The notes: generated from the letters alone by a model not told the origin. A DNA stretch of 64,000 bases from an uncultured Clostridium sp. (GCA_947653235.1 CANTGH010000001.1:247191-311190), one strand, 5' to 3'; counted from the stretch's first letter, positions 10,397 to 23,649 are shown. A program made the numbers and translations.

Positions 10397-10888
10397 TCAA
10401 TTTGTTTTCTTCATAACAATATGTGTATTGGTTTCCTCTATTTTCTCAAATCCCATTCTTTCATATAATTTTATCGCAGGATTATGTTTAAAACATTGTA
10501 ACATAATGTTTTTTCCTTTATTCTCCATCAGTATCTTTTTTAGTATAGCTGTTCCAATGCCTCTTTTTTGATAGGCTGGTTTTACACAAATATTGCCAAT
10601 TTCAAAAGTACACTCATTCGTTTCCTTTCCATTCCAAAAGCCAACTTTTTCATCTTTTATCAAAATAAACTGTATGTTTTTTTCATTTTCTTTCCAGAAG
10701 CACTCAAACAACTTCTTCTGATTTTCCTCTTGCCATTCTCCAAAATATGCTTCAACATATTTTGAATAAACCTGCTTTTTCAAATCGTAAACAAACTGCC
10801 TTTCCTCCTGATTTGTACTCTTAATCGGTCTTACCTTCAGATCAACTACCGCCCAATTAAATTTATCATTTTTTCTTACCATTTCCAT
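10397..10888 (-). CDS. GNAT family N-acetyltransferase
   Basis: 163 aa with the acetyl-CoA binding motif QKRGIGTAILKKIL...ERMGFEKIE. Confidence 0.8.
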   Translation of the reverse strand: MEMVRKNDKFNWAVVDLKVRPIKSTNQEERQFVYDLKKQVYSKYVEAYFGEWQEENQKKLFECFWKENEKNIQFILIKDEKVGFWNGKETNECTFEIGNICVKPAYQKRGIGTAILKKILMENKGKNIMLQCFKHNPAIKLYERMGFEKIEETNTHIVMKKTN

Positions 10889-10898
10889 TCTTCTTTCT

Positions 10899-10935
10899 AC
10901 AAATTTTAAACTGGAACCCGCAAAGCAAGTTCCAG
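10899..10935 (-). terminator. hairpin terminator downstream of the GC-rich gene
   Basis: CTGGAAC-loop-GTTCCAG followed by a T-rich stretch on the minus strand. Confidence 0.45.
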
Positions 10936-10963
10936 CTCGTTTCTGAAAGTTCGGTCAGTGCTA

Positions 10964-11776
10964 CTAATCAAGCCCAAGCTGTCCAAGACCTCCATAGTCA
11001 TCAAAGTCTACATCGAAATTGTGACTTAGGTCGGCAAGCGAACCGTCGTCGCCACCGTAATTGAAGTTACCACCAGCAACCCAAAAGCCACCAGCCTTCT
11101 TCCATGACTTCCATGAATCTTCTGCAAGCATTTTATACACGTTTCCCAGATCATAGAAACCGCAAACTTCTCGGCTTCCTGTTACCTCAAAGCCATTTTT
11201 AGCATTGTCAGAATCCGCAAAGTGTCCAAGTTCTGATGAATGGTCACATACCGCATCCCACGCCGCTTCAACAGAAACTTTTTTCCAAGTTACAAGCCGC
11301 CTGATCAATTCCAAATTTTTATTTGCGCCCTCTGTTCTTGTCATCACTCTACTGTTCCGCTCTGGTGCATAATTTTTCAAGATAGTTACCCAATCGTTGT
11401 AGGATTTTCCTACCGCAGGCGGTAATCCCGGCTGATACACCAATTCTCCCGTAACTGGGTCAAAGGATGGATCAATCGCCATGCAAGTAAAGGCATGCAA
11501 CCTCCCTTTGGCTCTGGCATTCAAAAACAGCTTCTTTGTTTTGTTCTGTCTGTCAGTTCTTGGCTCATATTGTAGCCAATCCGCATCCGTCTGAAAGGCC
11601 AAAGGATCAATCCGCCGTTCAAACTCGCTTCGCGGAAGATAGATTTTCTTCTCTGGCACAATAAATGCAGGTGCTGTATCAAACTCCAGCTTAATTTTAG
11701 TTGCGTCCTTCGGCACCATTAATTCAATAGACCGTCTTTCAGAAGCTTTGTATTCCATCTTTGCTGTGTTTTCCAT
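10964..11776 (-). CDS. hypothetical protein of atypical (high-GC) composition, likely horizontally acquired
   Basis: 270-aa ORF at about 45% GC against a ~30% GC background. It uses CGG/GCG/GCC codons that are otherwise avoided in this window. It is driven by a consensus promoter and has the RBS GGAGG. I recognise no family. Confidence 0.6.
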   Translation of the reverse strand: MENTAKMEYKASERRSIELMVPKDATKIKLEFDTAPAFIVPEKKIYLPRSEFERRIDPLAFQTDADWLQYEPRTDRQNKTKKLFLNARAKGRLHAFTCMAIDPSFDPVTGELVYQPGLPPAVGKSYNDWVTILKNYAPERNSRVMTRTEGANKNLELIRRLVTWKKVSVEAAWDAVCDHSSELGHFADSDNAKNGFEVTGSREVCGFYDLGNVYKMLAEDSWKSWKKAGGFWVAGGNFNYGGDDGSLADLSHNFDVDFDDYGGLGQLGLD

Positions 11777-11845
11777 ATTTTTGTCCTCCTTAATTTTATT
11801 GGTAAAATCTTTTAGATGAAATCATATATATTACTATATATAATT

Positions 11846-11875
11846 ATTATACCATATTTTACATAAAATTGTCAA
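11846..11875 (-). promoter_or_regulatory. sigma-A consensus promoter (TTGACA-N18-TATAAT) for the GC-rich gene
   Basis: On the minus strand: TTGACAattttatgtaaaatatggTATAAT, followed by GGAGG and the ATG. Confidence 0.45.
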
Positions 11876-11934
11876 GAAACTTGAAATCAATTGTTAATTA
11901 TAATGTGATTATACTATTCCTAGATTTTTTCTTA

Positions 11935-12468
11935 TTATTTTTGTAAATACCTCTCCTCCTCCGAAAACACACACCCACAATACTTCTGTCGATATAGTCC
12001 CAGTTCCTTTGCCTTATTTTGTCCTTCGCGAAATCCTAGGCGAAAATCACGATACAAAAATTTCACACCGTATTTTTCCGCCATTTCTTCACAAACCACC
12101 TTAATTGCTTCATGATTTTGATAAGGACTCACAAACAACGTCGTACAAAAAGCATCATACCCATTTTCCTTCGCATATTTAGCCGTTTCCTCCATACGCA
12201 CTGGATAACAATACTTTTGACAACGATTTTCCAAATCAGTCACCACAGATTTGCAAAACTCACGAAGTCCATAATTTTCATTTACAATCAGCTCCAAATC
12301 CACCATTTGACTATATTCCACCATCGTATCTCTTCGCATTTTATACTCCATAAATGGATGAATATTCGGATTAAACCAATACGCTACTGGCTCTATTCCC
12401 TCTTTTCTTAAACTTTCCACACAATACACGCTACAAGGCGCGCAACAACTATGTAATAATACCTTCAT
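11935..12468 (-). CDS. queH: epoxyqueuosine reductase QueH (DUF208)
   Basis: 177 aa with the LLHSCCAPCS N-terminal Cys motif and conserved C-terminal cysteines. Confidence 0.8.
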   Translation of the reverse strand: MKVLLHSCCAPCSVYCVESLRKEGIEPVAYWFNPNIHPFMEYKMRRDTMVEYSQMVDLELIVNENYGLREFCKSVVTDLENRCQKYCYPVRMEETAKYAKENGYDAFCTTLFVSPYQNHEAIKVVCEEMAEKYGVKFLYRDFRLGFREGQNKAKELGLYRQKYCGCVFSEEERYLQK

Positions 12469-12480
12469 TTTCCCTTTCCT

Positions 12481-13914
12481 TTACCTTTTTTCATAGACTT
12501 CAAAACAACTCATAACTGTCTCTACTTTTTCATAATGCTCGGCCACATATTCATAAACTTCGCTATACTCCTGAAAATATCTATAATTTGTCATCATAAT
12601 TGGCGTATCTTCCAACTCTTCAATCGCCTCTATGATTTTTTCCTTGCCATGCAAACCCACATTTCCTCTTAGTGGCAAATCTAAAATACCATGCTGAGTT
12701 CCCAATCTTGCCTGATACAAATACACTTCTGGCGATACCAACACAACTTCCTTCTCTCTCATATACGCCACAACATTTTCTATTTTACCATTGATTTCTT
12801 CTTGATAAACTGCTCCAAAATACGGATCCATCTTTTCTTTAATACGATAGGTATACCAATTAGCTATGTTTTTCGAAGTCATCACACAAACATAACATGA
12901 AACAATAAAAAGCAAGCTATTTTGAAATAAATTTTGTTTACTCGTTTTTTGATTCGTCCAACTAAAAAACGAAACCAAACTAAAAATCAGCGCCATTTTA
13001 GAATGAAATTCACACAAAATCGGATACGCAATCAACAACATTATCACTGAATAAAGAAACAAAATCTTTTGTTCCACCTCCAACTTCTTCTGATTCCACA
13101 GAAAAATCACAGGCACTACATTCACCAATACCAAACCAATCACATAACTTTCCATCGTTGCATTTTGCCTAAATTCCAACATCCCCAAAAAAGCATAATC
13201 GATAAATTCATACAACGAGCCAATCCCCCATAAATACGCACAATAAACCAACATGCCAATCCCAATTGGCAAACTATACCAACCCCAATATTTGATTTTA
13301 TCTTTCCATTTTTCACTTCTCAAAAAAAGTTCACAAATCGCTGTTGCTAAAAAATGATACACCCCAATAGTTTGTTTGGTCATAAAAATCAGAAAAAGCA
13401 AAATCCCCTGTTGGATGTAAAATTTTCTATCTCTTTCTCCCTTTTCCAAATATTTCAGAAGTGCCAGTAAAGATAAACCAATAGCCAACATATTATAATT
13501 GGCTGAAACCGCCATAACTTCTTTTAAAAACAAGGTCATAAGCAACAAATCGAGAAAAATAGCCAATTTAGACACTTTCCTTTGGCGCAACAATTGAGAC
13601 ACAACCCCATACAAAAACAACCAAATTCCCACTGCATACAGGCGAAAAACAAAATAGTTGACACCAAATATTTTTAAAATCACTGCTCCTACATAAAAAA
13701 ACAGCGGTGTTACTAACACATTGATGTCTTTGTAAATCGTAAGTCCATCCGCCATCTTCTTGGTTTCATTAAATAATGTAGATTCATCATTTTGCTGAAT
13801 GGGTTGGTTGAAAATGATACCAAATACCATAAGCCCAAAAATCAAAATCCATAACATTTCACTTTTGTGAACCAACACGGTTTCTTTTAATTTTTTCATG
13901 TTTCTATCCTTCAT
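12481..13914 (-). CDS. polytopic membrane protein, possibly a GT-C type (ArnT/PMT-like) glycosyltransferase
   Basis: 477 aa. There are about 11 TM helices followed by a ~120-aa soluble C-terminal domain. The family assignment is a guess. Confidence 0.5.
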   Translation of the reverse strand: MKDRNMKKLKETVLVHKSEMLWILIFGLMVFGIIFNQPIQQNDESTLFNETKKMADGLTIYKDINVLVTPLFFYVGAVILKIFGVNYFVFRLYAVGIWLFLYGVVSQLLRQRKVSKLAIFLDLLLMTLFLKEVMAVSANYNMLAIGLSLLALLKYLEKGERDRKFYIQQGILLFLIFMTKQTIGVYHFLATAICELFLRSEKWKDKIKYWGWYSLPIGIGMLVYCAYLWGIGSLYEFIDYAFLGMLEFRQNATMESYVIGLVLVNVVPVIFLWNQKKLEVEQKILFLYSVIMLLIAYPILCEFHSKMALIFSLVSFFSWTNQKTSKQNLFQNSLLFIVSCYVCVMTSKNIANWYTYRIKEKMDPYFGAVYQEEINGKIENVVAYMREKEVVLVSPEVYLYQARLGTQHGILDLPLRGNVGLHGKEKIIEAIEELEDTPIMMTNYRYFQEYSEVYEYVAEHYEKVETVMSCFEVYEKR

Positions 13915-14908
13915 AAGTTATTCCCAAATGTTCATAGGCCAGTGGAGTCGCCATTCTTCCACGCGGTGTGCGTGCTAAAAATCCAATTTGCATTAAATAC
14001 GGCTCGTAAACATCTTCTAACGTTTCAGCTTCTTCGTTAATCGTTGCAGCTAAAGTTTCAACCCCCACTGGTTTTCCGCCATATTTATAAATTAACGTTT
14101 CCAAAATCTTTTTATCAATATTATCTAAGCCCAAATCATCGATTTCTAGCTTATCAAGTGCTATTTTTGCAATTTCTAACGTAATATTACCATCACCAAG
14201 CACAAGTGCATAATCTCTGATACGCTTCAATAATCGATTAGCTATACGTGGGGTCCCTCTCGAACGCTTAGCGAGCTCATTTGCGGCATCTGGATCGATT
14301 TCAATCTCTAAAATCTCACTCGAGCGAGTTACAATTGTCTTCAAATCCTTCTCAGAATACAATTCTAGCCTACTAACGATACCAAACCTGTCACGAAGTG
14401 GCGTACTCAAGGAACCTGCTCGCGTGGTTGCCCCAATTAGCGTAAATTTCGGTAAATCCAGTCGGATAGAACGCGCACTGGGTCCTTTTCCAATCATCAG
14501 ATCCAAATTAAAATCTTCCATGGCTGGATACAAAATTTCTTCAACACTTTTATTTAAACGATGAATTTCATCGATAAATAGCACATCATTTTCCGATAAA
14601 TTCGTCAAAATAGCCGCCAAATCACCTGGTTTTTCGATGGCTGGACCAGACGTAATACGGATATTAGCATTCATTTCATTGGCAATAATGTTGGAAAGAG
14701 TCGTTTTTCCTAGTCCTGGAGGACCATATAAAAGCACATGGTCCAACGCTTCACTACGTTTTTTGGCTGCTTCAATATAAATTTTCATGTTTTCTTTTAC
14801 TTTCGTCTGCCCAATGTATTCACTTAAAACTTTAGGACGAAGTGACACTTCGTTCATCAGTTCCTCTTCATCTTGCACATTGGGAATGAGTAAATTTTCT
14901 TCTTCCAT
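13904..14908 (-). CDS. ruvB: Holliday junction branch migration ATPase RuvB
   Basis: 334 aa with LRPKxLxEYIGQ and the Walker A motif [13 protein letters not shown]. Confidence 0.95.
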   Translation of the reverse strand: MEEENLLIPNVQDEEELMNEVSLRPKVLSEYIGQTKVKENMKIYIEAAKKRSEALDHVLLYGPPGLGKTTLSNIIANEMNANIRITSGPAIEKPGDLAAILTNLSENDVLFIDEIHRLNKSVEEILYPAMEDFNLDLMIGKGPSARSIRLDLPKFTLIGATTRAGSLSTPLRDRFGIVSRLELYSEKDLKTIVTRSSEILEIEIDPDAANELAKRSRGTPRIANRLLKRIRDYALVLGDGNITLEIAKIALDKLEIDDLGLDNIDKKILETLIYKYGGKPVGVETLAATINEEAETLEDVYEPYLMQIGFLARTPRGRMATPLAYEHLGITYEG

Positions 14909-14972
14909 AGTTTCTCCTTCAAATCTGGGCTTTTTTGAACTATTCAGAAATCCTTAATTGTTCAATTTTTTC

Positions 14973-15212
14973 CTAAATTTCCATATAATACTGCATATTT
15001 TCCATAAACGGAAAGATTTCTTTCACTCGTTTCAACGTATACACCGCACTTTTTTGATGCGGACATTTTTCAGGTGCCTCAATCAATTCATTTTTATAGC
15101 AATTTTTATCCAATTTATAAATCAAATAACGGCAATCCATGTACGTATAATTGATTTGAAAACCGTTGTCTAAATCTTCCCAAAACATTTCAAATGTGTA
15201 ATCTTTTTCCAT
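14973..15212 (-). CDS. hypothetical small protein
   Basis: 79-aa ORF between ruvB and ligA. No recognisable motif. Confidence 0.35.
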   Translation of the reverse strand: MEKDYTFEMFWEDLDNGFQINYTYMDCRYLIYKLDKNCYKNELIEAPEKCPHQKSAVYTLKRVKEIFPFMENMQYYMEI

Positions 15213-15231
15213 ATTTTTTCCTTTCTTTTGG

Positions 15232-17412
<2,181 letters not shown>

Positions 17413-18051
17413 CTAAGACTCGCGTAGTACCTCTTTTCCATTCTTCAAATAATCCCAACCAGAAAAAATCGTAGCAATCACGGCCACACTCATCAAAATC
17501 GTATTTACCAAATTCACAACAAATCCCAATCTTGTAAAACGAAATCCTACCCAAATAAACTCACCAAACCCATGAATATCCACAAAAGCCAAAATAACAG
17601 CAAGCATTTGTGTAACTGTCTTCAATTTTCCCCAAAAAGATGCACTAATCACTTCTCCACCTCTTTCCACAGCCACTAAACGATAACCAGACACCAAAAA
17701 TTCTCTTGTCAAAACAATCGCAGGTACCCACGCAGGCAGGCGATTATATTCAACAAGAAGAATCAATGCCGTAAGTACCAAAATCTTATCTGCCAATGGA
17801 TCCAAAAATTTACCAAAAGTTGTCACCATATTACGTGAACGTGCCAAATAGCCATCTAATTTATCTGTAATAGAAGCTACAATAAACACAAAATCCATCA
17901 AAAGCATTATAGCTGGAATACCTACACTGGCTTCAAAAATTCCCCAGCCAATTTCGTGATTAATTCCCAAATATGGTATTATCAGTATCACTGGTACTAA
18001 TAACATTCTGAATATGGTTAACTTGTTCGCTAGATTCATCTTCATTATCAT
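17413..18051 (-). CDS. pgsA: CDP-diacylglycerol--glycerol-3-phosphate 3-phosphatidyltransferase
   Basis: 212 aa with the CDP-alcohol phosphotransferase motif DxxDGxxAR...G...D...D. The start is preceded by AAGGAGG. Confidence 0.85.
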   Translation of the reverse strand: MIMKMNLANKLTIFRMLLVPVILIIPYLGINHEIGWGIFEASVGIPAIMLLMDFVFIVASITDKLDGYLARSRNMVTTFGKFLDPLADKILVLTALILLVEYNRLPAWVPAIVLTREFLVSGYRLVAVERGGEVISASFWGKLKTVTQMLAVILAFVDIHGFGEFIWVGFRFTRLGFVVNLVNTILMSVAVIATIFSGWDYLKNGKEVLRES

Positions 18052-20809
18052 TTTCCTCCTTTTTATTTTCTTCTTTTTCCAATTGATTTTTTCTTAGTTC
18101 TGCCAAACGATTGATGAGATTTTCTAACTCATTTAAATCTTTTCCAATCATTTCAAAATCATTCAAATTTAATGATTCATTCAAATTTTCATTAGATTTT
18201 ACAAGTGCATCAATTACGCTGTTTATGTCTTGCATGTCAACAATTTCTAAATCAACTGCATAATCGGTAAATAAATTTGAAATTGCATCGTTTAAGTCAT
18301 TTCCAATCGCCAACTTGTTTCCAGAAGCAACAATGACTTTCTTCAAAACTGGAATTTCGCTTTCATTCAAACGCACTTGATATACTGGTTGCACATACAA
18401 AAGTGTATGATTAATTGGTACCATAATAATATTTTTAATCAATTTCGTACCAGCTACATTTAAGTTTGCTAATTCATTTGAAATGGTTTCATCTTGCTCA
18501 ATTTGCGAACTCAGTTGCAAAATACTAGCTACATTACTCTCTGAGGCAAATTTATAAAGTGACAATTTGGGTGTTCCATTTTCATAAGTTCCCACCAAAT
18601 AAGCTGTTATATTTTGTTTAGCTTGCCTATTAAATGTGATGACTAAACCTAGCTTGGCTGCTTGACTATCTTGGGTTTTGACCATTGTGTAATAACTTTC
18701 CATTTCTTTTCCAGCTGTTGCTGTTTTAGCAGTGGATTCTGCTTTGGTAATCTCCCAAATATCGTCAGCTCTATATAAAACATCTTCGCTAATATCATGA
18801 TAGATATTCATCATTTCGGCTTGCACTTGGTATAACAATTTAGGATAAACAAATTGGTTACGAATATCTTCTGGAATTTCCTCTTCCAAATCTTGAAATA
18901 AGCTTGGGTATAAATTTCGATAAGACATGATAATTGGATCATTCCTATCTGTGATGTAAAACTTGGTTGTTCCATCATAGGCATCTATTAGCACTTTGAC
19001 AGAGTTTCTAATGTAATTGATTTTTTGTGTACTTCCACCTATATTTATGGTAGTAAGTTGTGAGTAAGGATATTGGCTAGAGGTTGTATAACCATCTAGA
19101 ACCCAAACTAAACGTCCTTCATCACTTATAATCAAATAGGGATTTTCATCATACATTACATAAGGTAACAAAACTTTGGCTCGTTCTATAATATTTCGGT
19201 TTGAAATAATTTTAGAATCCTCATTTATATATTTTGAAAATGCTAATTTAAAATCTTTGTTTGCAACACCAAGCACAAATCTGTCCCAAAAGCCTAAATG
19301 AAGTCCAGCTTTTCCATTGTATTCATTTTCCTTATAATTCGTGGCTGTAATTGGGTAGTCATATTCTTTTCCAAAACCAGAATTGACCACAATTGTACTA
19401 TTGGTTTCCAAACCAAAATAAATTCTAGGTTCTTTAATACGAAGACTTTCTTGGTTCGTAAAATCCGAAAGCAAATACTGGGCATAGCCATTTTCATCTG
19501 TGTTTGAGGCAGAATTTACAACCACAGAATAGCCATGTGTATATTTAAAAGTTCGGTTATTGTAGCTCATATTATAATTACTCAAAACTTCTCTTGGCGT
19601 TAAATAAACCAATTCTTGATTGTGTAGTTGTCCTAAAAAAGTGTTGCCATAGGAATAATACACGCCATCTTCTTGGTGCTGCGCAACTGTGGTAAGCATA
19701 ACATCTTTGGGAACGATAGGAATATTGTCAATTACATCGGAGTTATTTGTAATTTCATCATAGGTTATCGTTCCATAAGAATGAATTGATTGTTGTTCTA
19801 TTCCTATACCATAAGCTTCTTTAGTATTTTCGATATTATAACCAATGTATTGTTTTTGGTTGTCTAATACTTCTTTTTTGACAATAAATTGATCGTAATA
19901 AATCATTCCAATAAATAGACAAACTAAATAAGTTGGTACCATTAAAATAGAAATCATAGATTGTTTGAAATTCGATTTCATGGCATATTTAAGTAATCGT
20001 ACAACACAAATAAATAGCACTACTGCAAAAATGCGATAGCCCCATAATTTAATTGTGACATCTGTTTTTCCAGCACCTGTCAAATCTATGCTGGTGTTGC
20101 TTTCTAATGTTAACATATCTTGTGTTAATATATTTTGTGAAGTAAGAAAAATATAACCAGAAAAAAGCAGTGCTATCATGACAATCATGCTAACAATTTG
20201 CTTGATAAATGTATTTTTCTTTAAAAGCTCGATATCAACACCATCTAAGTATAGATTAATAACAACAACATAATAAAAAGCTGTGTAAATAATCAGACAA
20301 ATTAATTCACCAATCATGAAAAATAGAAGATTTTCAAGAAATGGCAAGGTAAAAATATAATAGGCAATGTCTGTACCAAAAACAGGATCGGTTTTTCCAA
20401 ACCAAGCACTGCTAATGAACATAGTATATTTTTGATTTAGTATAACCATTCCTATAATAGCAGCCATCAAGGCACCAATAATAGCAAATGTTTTATTGGG
20501 AAGTTTAGGGATTGGCTTTTTTTCGTCATCGAAAAATTTTTTTAAACCATGTTTGGTAAGCTTATTGAAAATATAAATCACCAAATAGGTTACCACAAAT
20601 ATGCCACCTGCTAAATATACTCTGGTATTTACATTCTTGAAAAATAATTCGGTGTAGTGTTCCCCAATTTCTTTAATACTCAAATATTCGGCTCGAAAGG
20701 CAATTAAAAGTCCTAAGCCAAACAGTGCCATAATAACAATTACTGCGATGCTACGAAGAGCTACATTTTTTTTCTTTTGCGTTTGATTTATTTCCTTTTT
20801 TTCTGGCAT
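17960..20809 (-). CDS. UPF0182-like large membrane protein
   Basis: 949 aa with an N-terminal block of TM helices, a large extracytoplasmic domain and an acidic coiled-coil tail. Its 3' end overlaps pgsA by 92 nt. Confidence 0.6.
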   Translation of the reverse strand: MPEKKEINQTQKKKNVALRSIAVIVIMALFGLGLLIAFRAEYLSIKEIGEHYTELFFKNVNTRVYLAGGIFVVTYLVIYIFNKLTKHGLKKFFDDEKKPIPKLPNKTFAIIGALMAAIIGMVILNQKYTMFISSAWFGKTDPVFGTDIAYYIFTLPFLENLLFFMIGELICLIIYTAFYYVVVINLYLDGVDIELLKKNTFIKQIVSMIVMIALLFSGYIFLTSQNILTQDMLTLESNTSIDLTGAGKTDVTIKLWGYRIFAVVLFICVVRLLKYAMKSNFKQSMISILMVPTYLVCLFIGMIYYDQFIVKKEVLDNQKQYIGYNIENTKEAYGIGIEQQSIHSYGTITYDEITNNSDVIDNIPIVPKDVMLTTVAQHQEDGVYYSYGNTFLGQLHNQELVYLTPREVLSNYNMSYNNRTFKYTHGYSVVVNSASNTDENGYAQYLLSDFTNQESLRIKEPRIYFGLETNSTIVVNSGFGKEYDYPITATNYKENEYNGKAGLHLGFWDRFVLGVANKDFKLAFSKYINEDSKIISNRNIIERAKVLLPYVMYDENPYLIISDEGRLVWVLDGYTTSSQYPYSQLTTINIGGSTQKINYIRNSVKVLIDAYDGTTKFYITDRNDPIIMSYRNLYPSLFQDLEEEIPEDIRNQFVYPKLLYQVQAEMMNIYHDISEDVLYRADDIWEITKAESTAKTATAGKEMESYYTMVKTQDSQAAKLGLVITFNRQAKQNITAYLVGTYENGTPKLSLYKFASESNVASILQLSSQIEQDETISNELANLNVAGTKLIKNIIMVPINHTLLYVQPVYQVRLNESEIPVLKKVIVASGNKLAIGNDLNDAISNLFTDYAVDLEIVDMQDINSVIDALVKSNENLNESLNLNDFEMIGKDLNELENLINRLAELRKNQLEKEENKKEENDNEDESSEQVNHIQNVISTSDTDNTIFGN

Positions 20810-20829
20810 ACTACATCTCCTTTTTAACT

Positions 20830-21735
20830 TTATAAAATTGCATCTAAAAATTCTCTTGCCTTAAATTCTTGCATATCTTCTATTTGTTCCCCAACCCCAA
20901 TAAATTTAATTGGAATTTGATTTTCTGCTACAATGCCTATTACAACGCCTCCTTTTGAGGTTCCATCTAATTTGGTTAAGATGATTCCTGTAATATCTGT
21001 GGTTTCTTTAAAAGCCTTTACTTGTAAAATGGCATTTTGACCTGTTTCAGCGTCTAATACAAGCAATACTTCTTTGCTGGCATCTGGCATTTGATTTTCA
21101 ATGACTTTTTTAATTTTAGCAAGTTCATCCATTAAATACTTTTTATTATGCAATCGTCCTGCTGTATCGCAAATCAGCACATCGGCACCAATTTGACGTG
21201 TTTTTTCAATGGCTTCAAATACAACAGATGCTGGATCGGCACCTTCTTCTTTTTTCACCAAAATACTACCAGAACGCTTGCTCCATTCTTCCAATTGTTC
21301 CACCGCGGCAGCTCGAAATGTATCTGCTGCTGCAACCACAACTTTTTTGCCTTGCCTAGTTAATTTACTTGCCATTTTTCCAATGGAAGTGGTCTTTCCA
21401 ACCCCATTGACACCAACCATTAAAATAATAGATGGTGTTGTATCTAAGTGAAGCTGACTATCCCCAACTTCTAAAATTTGCTCCATAATATCTTTTAAAG
21501 CATTTTTCACATCTTCTTCGTTTTCGATTTTTTCTTTTTTCAATTTGTTTCGCAAATCATTGATAATTTGTAAAGAAGTATCTACACCTATATCAGACAT
21601 AATCAAAATTTCTTCTAATTCTTCTAGCATCGCTTCATCAACTTTGCGAAAATTGCTAAATACATCATTTATCTTATCATTAAAAGATTCTTTTGTCTTT
21701 GTCAAACCTGACTTTAATTTATCAAAAAATCCCAT
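20830..21735 (-). CDS. ftsY: signal recognition particle receptor FtsY
   Basis: 301 aa with the SRP GTPase motifs GVNGVGKTT and DTAGR. Confidence 0.9.
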   Translation of the reverse strand: MGFFDKLKSGLTKTKESFNDKINDVFSNFRKVDEAMLEELEEILIMSDIGVDTSLQIINDLRNKLKKEKIENEEDVKNALKDIMEQILEVGDSQLHLDTTPSIILMVGVNGVGKTTSIGKMASKLTRQGKKVVVAAADTFRAAAVEQLEEWSKRSGSILVKKEEGADPASVVFEAIEKTRQIGADVLICDTAGRLHNKKYLMDELAKIKKVIENQMPDASKEVLLVLDAETGQNAILQVKAFKETTDITGIILTKLDGTSKGGVVIGIVAENQIPIKFIGVGEQIEDMQEFKAREFLDAIL

Positions 21736-21884
21736 GTTTCCTCCTTTTGTTTTCTTTGGTTATATCATTTTATAGAGAAAAAAGCAAGCTATTTTAGAAA
21801 ATTAACATAGAGAGCATGCCTATTACTTTTCTAATAAAAATAATAAGTATGCTCTCTACTTTTGGAAATTTTTTGAATAAAGTT

Positions 21885-22280
21885 TTAATGATTTAATTCA
21901 AGTCTTGAAATTCTTTTTTCATGACTAAAAATTTGGACTTCATTTCTGTCCACTCTCTTTTCTAACTTACGAATTTTTTCAGATTTTTCCTTATTTTTGT
22001 CTAATTCTAAGCTGACTGCATCAAAAATAGCATCAATCTTTGTTCCATATTCCTGTTCGAATAAAAATTGTCGATTTCGAATTTGTGTTAGTTCTTGGTG
22101 TATTTCATTGAATTTTTGATCAAATTTCTGATCCATTTCTTCAAACTTTTGATCAAATCTTTGCTCCATTAATTCGAACTTTTGGTCGAATTTCTCATTG
22201 ATTTCATTAAACTTTTTATCAATTGCATCTAATATCTTTTCTTCCATATTCTCACCACCTTTCTTTTTGTTATTGCCCAT
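21885..22280 (-). CDS. hypothetical coiled-coil protein with FDQKF repeats
   Basis: 131 aa. The heptad-like unit xFDQKFxE(M/I) is repeated about six times. Confidence 0.45.
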   Translation of the reverse strand: MGNNKKKGGENMEEKILDAIDKKFNEINEKFDQKFELMEQRFDQKFEEMDQKFDQKFNEIHQELTQIRNRQFLFEQEYGTKIDAIFDAVSLELDKNKEKSEKIRKLEKRVDRNEVQIFSHEKRISRLELNH

Positions 22281-22356
22281 ATCCTAACATATTTTAATGC
22301 CATTTGCAAGAAAAACTTATTTTTTTATTCGACATTTTTCGCCTTCTTTTTCCCTC

Positions 22357-22385
22357 TTGCTTTTTCCATTTATTTATAGTATAAT
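22357..22385 (+). promoter_or_regulatory. tyrS promoter (TTGCTT-N17-TATAAT)
   Basis: Located 30 nt upstream of the tyrS RBS. The leader is only ~130 nt with no T-box. Confidence 0.4.
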
Positions 22386-22414
22386 ATTTCAAAATTAAAG
22401 GAGGATATAAAAAA

Positions 22415-23629
22415 ATGAACAATGTTTTCGATGTTTTACAAGAACGTGGCTATATCGAACAATTAACTCATCCAGAACAAATCAAGGAACTTCTAAACCA
22501 AAAATCCATCCCATTTTACATAGGATTTGACCCAACCGCTGACAGTCTACATGTTGGTGGATTTATTCCACTTATGGTGGCTTCTCATTTGCAAAAAGCT
22601 GGTCATAAACCTATTATTTTAGTTGGTGGTGCCACCGCTATTATTGGTGATCCGTCTTTTAAAAATGATATGCGTAAAATGCTATCTAAAGAAGAAATTC
22701 AGCACAATGTGGAAGCAATCAAAAAACAAGTAGAGAAATTTGTTTCTTTTGAAGGTGAAAATGCAGCCATTATTGTCAATAATGCTGACTGGCTTTTAGA
22801 GCTAAATTATGTGGATTTTATGCGTGAAATCGGAACTTTATTTTCCGTCAACAAAATGCTAGCTGCTGAATGTTACAAACAAAGAATGGAAACTGGTCTT
22901 ACTTTTTTTGAAATGGGCTACATGTTAATGCAATCTTACGATTTTCTGCATTTATATAATACCTATGGTTGTAAATTAGAAATTGGCGGAAATGACCAAT
23001 GGTCCAACATTATTGGGGGTGTTGATTTAATTCGAAAAATTGGAAAAGACGATTCCTTTGGTTTAACCTTCAAACTTCTTACCACTAAAGAAGGCAAAAA
23101 AATGGGAAAAACCGAAAAGGGTGCATTATGGCTAGATGCCAGCAAAGTATCTCCTTACGAATTCTATCAATACTGGCGAAATGTCGATGACACAGATATC
23201 ATCAATGTTGCAAAACTTCTTACTTTTTTACCCATGGACGAAATCGAAAAAATGGCAAACTTAAAAGATGAACAAATCAATGTAGCTAAGAAAAAAATTG
23301 CATTTGAAATCACCAAACTCGTTCATGGTCAAGTTGAAGCCCAAAAAGCCGAAGAAGCTTCTAATGCATTGTTTAACGGTCAAGGCAACTTAGAAAGTAT
23401 GCCAACTACCAAACTAGACAATTTTCCAATCACCATCGCAGATGCTTTAGTTCAAACAGGAATTGCACCTTCTAAAGGACAAGCCAAAACTCTAGTCGCA
23501 CAAGGTGGTATTTCTCTAAATGACCAAAAAATCATAGATTGTACTTATCTTTTATCGGATAACGATTTTGAAAATGGGTATGCTATCTTAAAAAAAGGAA
23601 AAAAAGTTTATCATAAATTAGAAAAATAA
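22415..23629 (+). CDS. tyrS: tyrosine--tRNA ligase
   Basis: 404 aa with the HVGG (HIGH-class) and KMGKT (KMSKS) motifs and a C-terminal S4 domain. Confidence 0.95.
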   Translation: MNNVFDVLQERGYIEQLTHPEQIKELLNQKSIPFYIGFDPTADSLHVGGFIPLMVASHLQKAGHKPIILVGGATAIIGDPSFKNDMRKMLSKEEIQHNVEAIKKQVEKFVSFEGENAAIIVNNADWLLELNYVDFMREIGTLFSVNKMLAAECYKQRMETGLTFFEMGYMLMQSYDFLHLYNTYGCKLEIGGNDQWSNIIGGVDLIRKIGKDDSFGLTFKLLTTKEGKKMGKTEKGALWLDASKVSPYEFYQYWRNVDDTDIINVAKLLTFLPMDEIEKMANLKDEQINVAKKKIAFEITKLVHGQVEAQKAEEASNALFNGQGNLESMPTTKLDNFPITIADALVQTGIAPSKGQAKTLVAQGGISLNDQKIIDCTYLLSDNDFENGYAILKKGKKVYHKLEK

Positions 23630-23649
23630 TTGGTTTCTCATTTTTCTAG

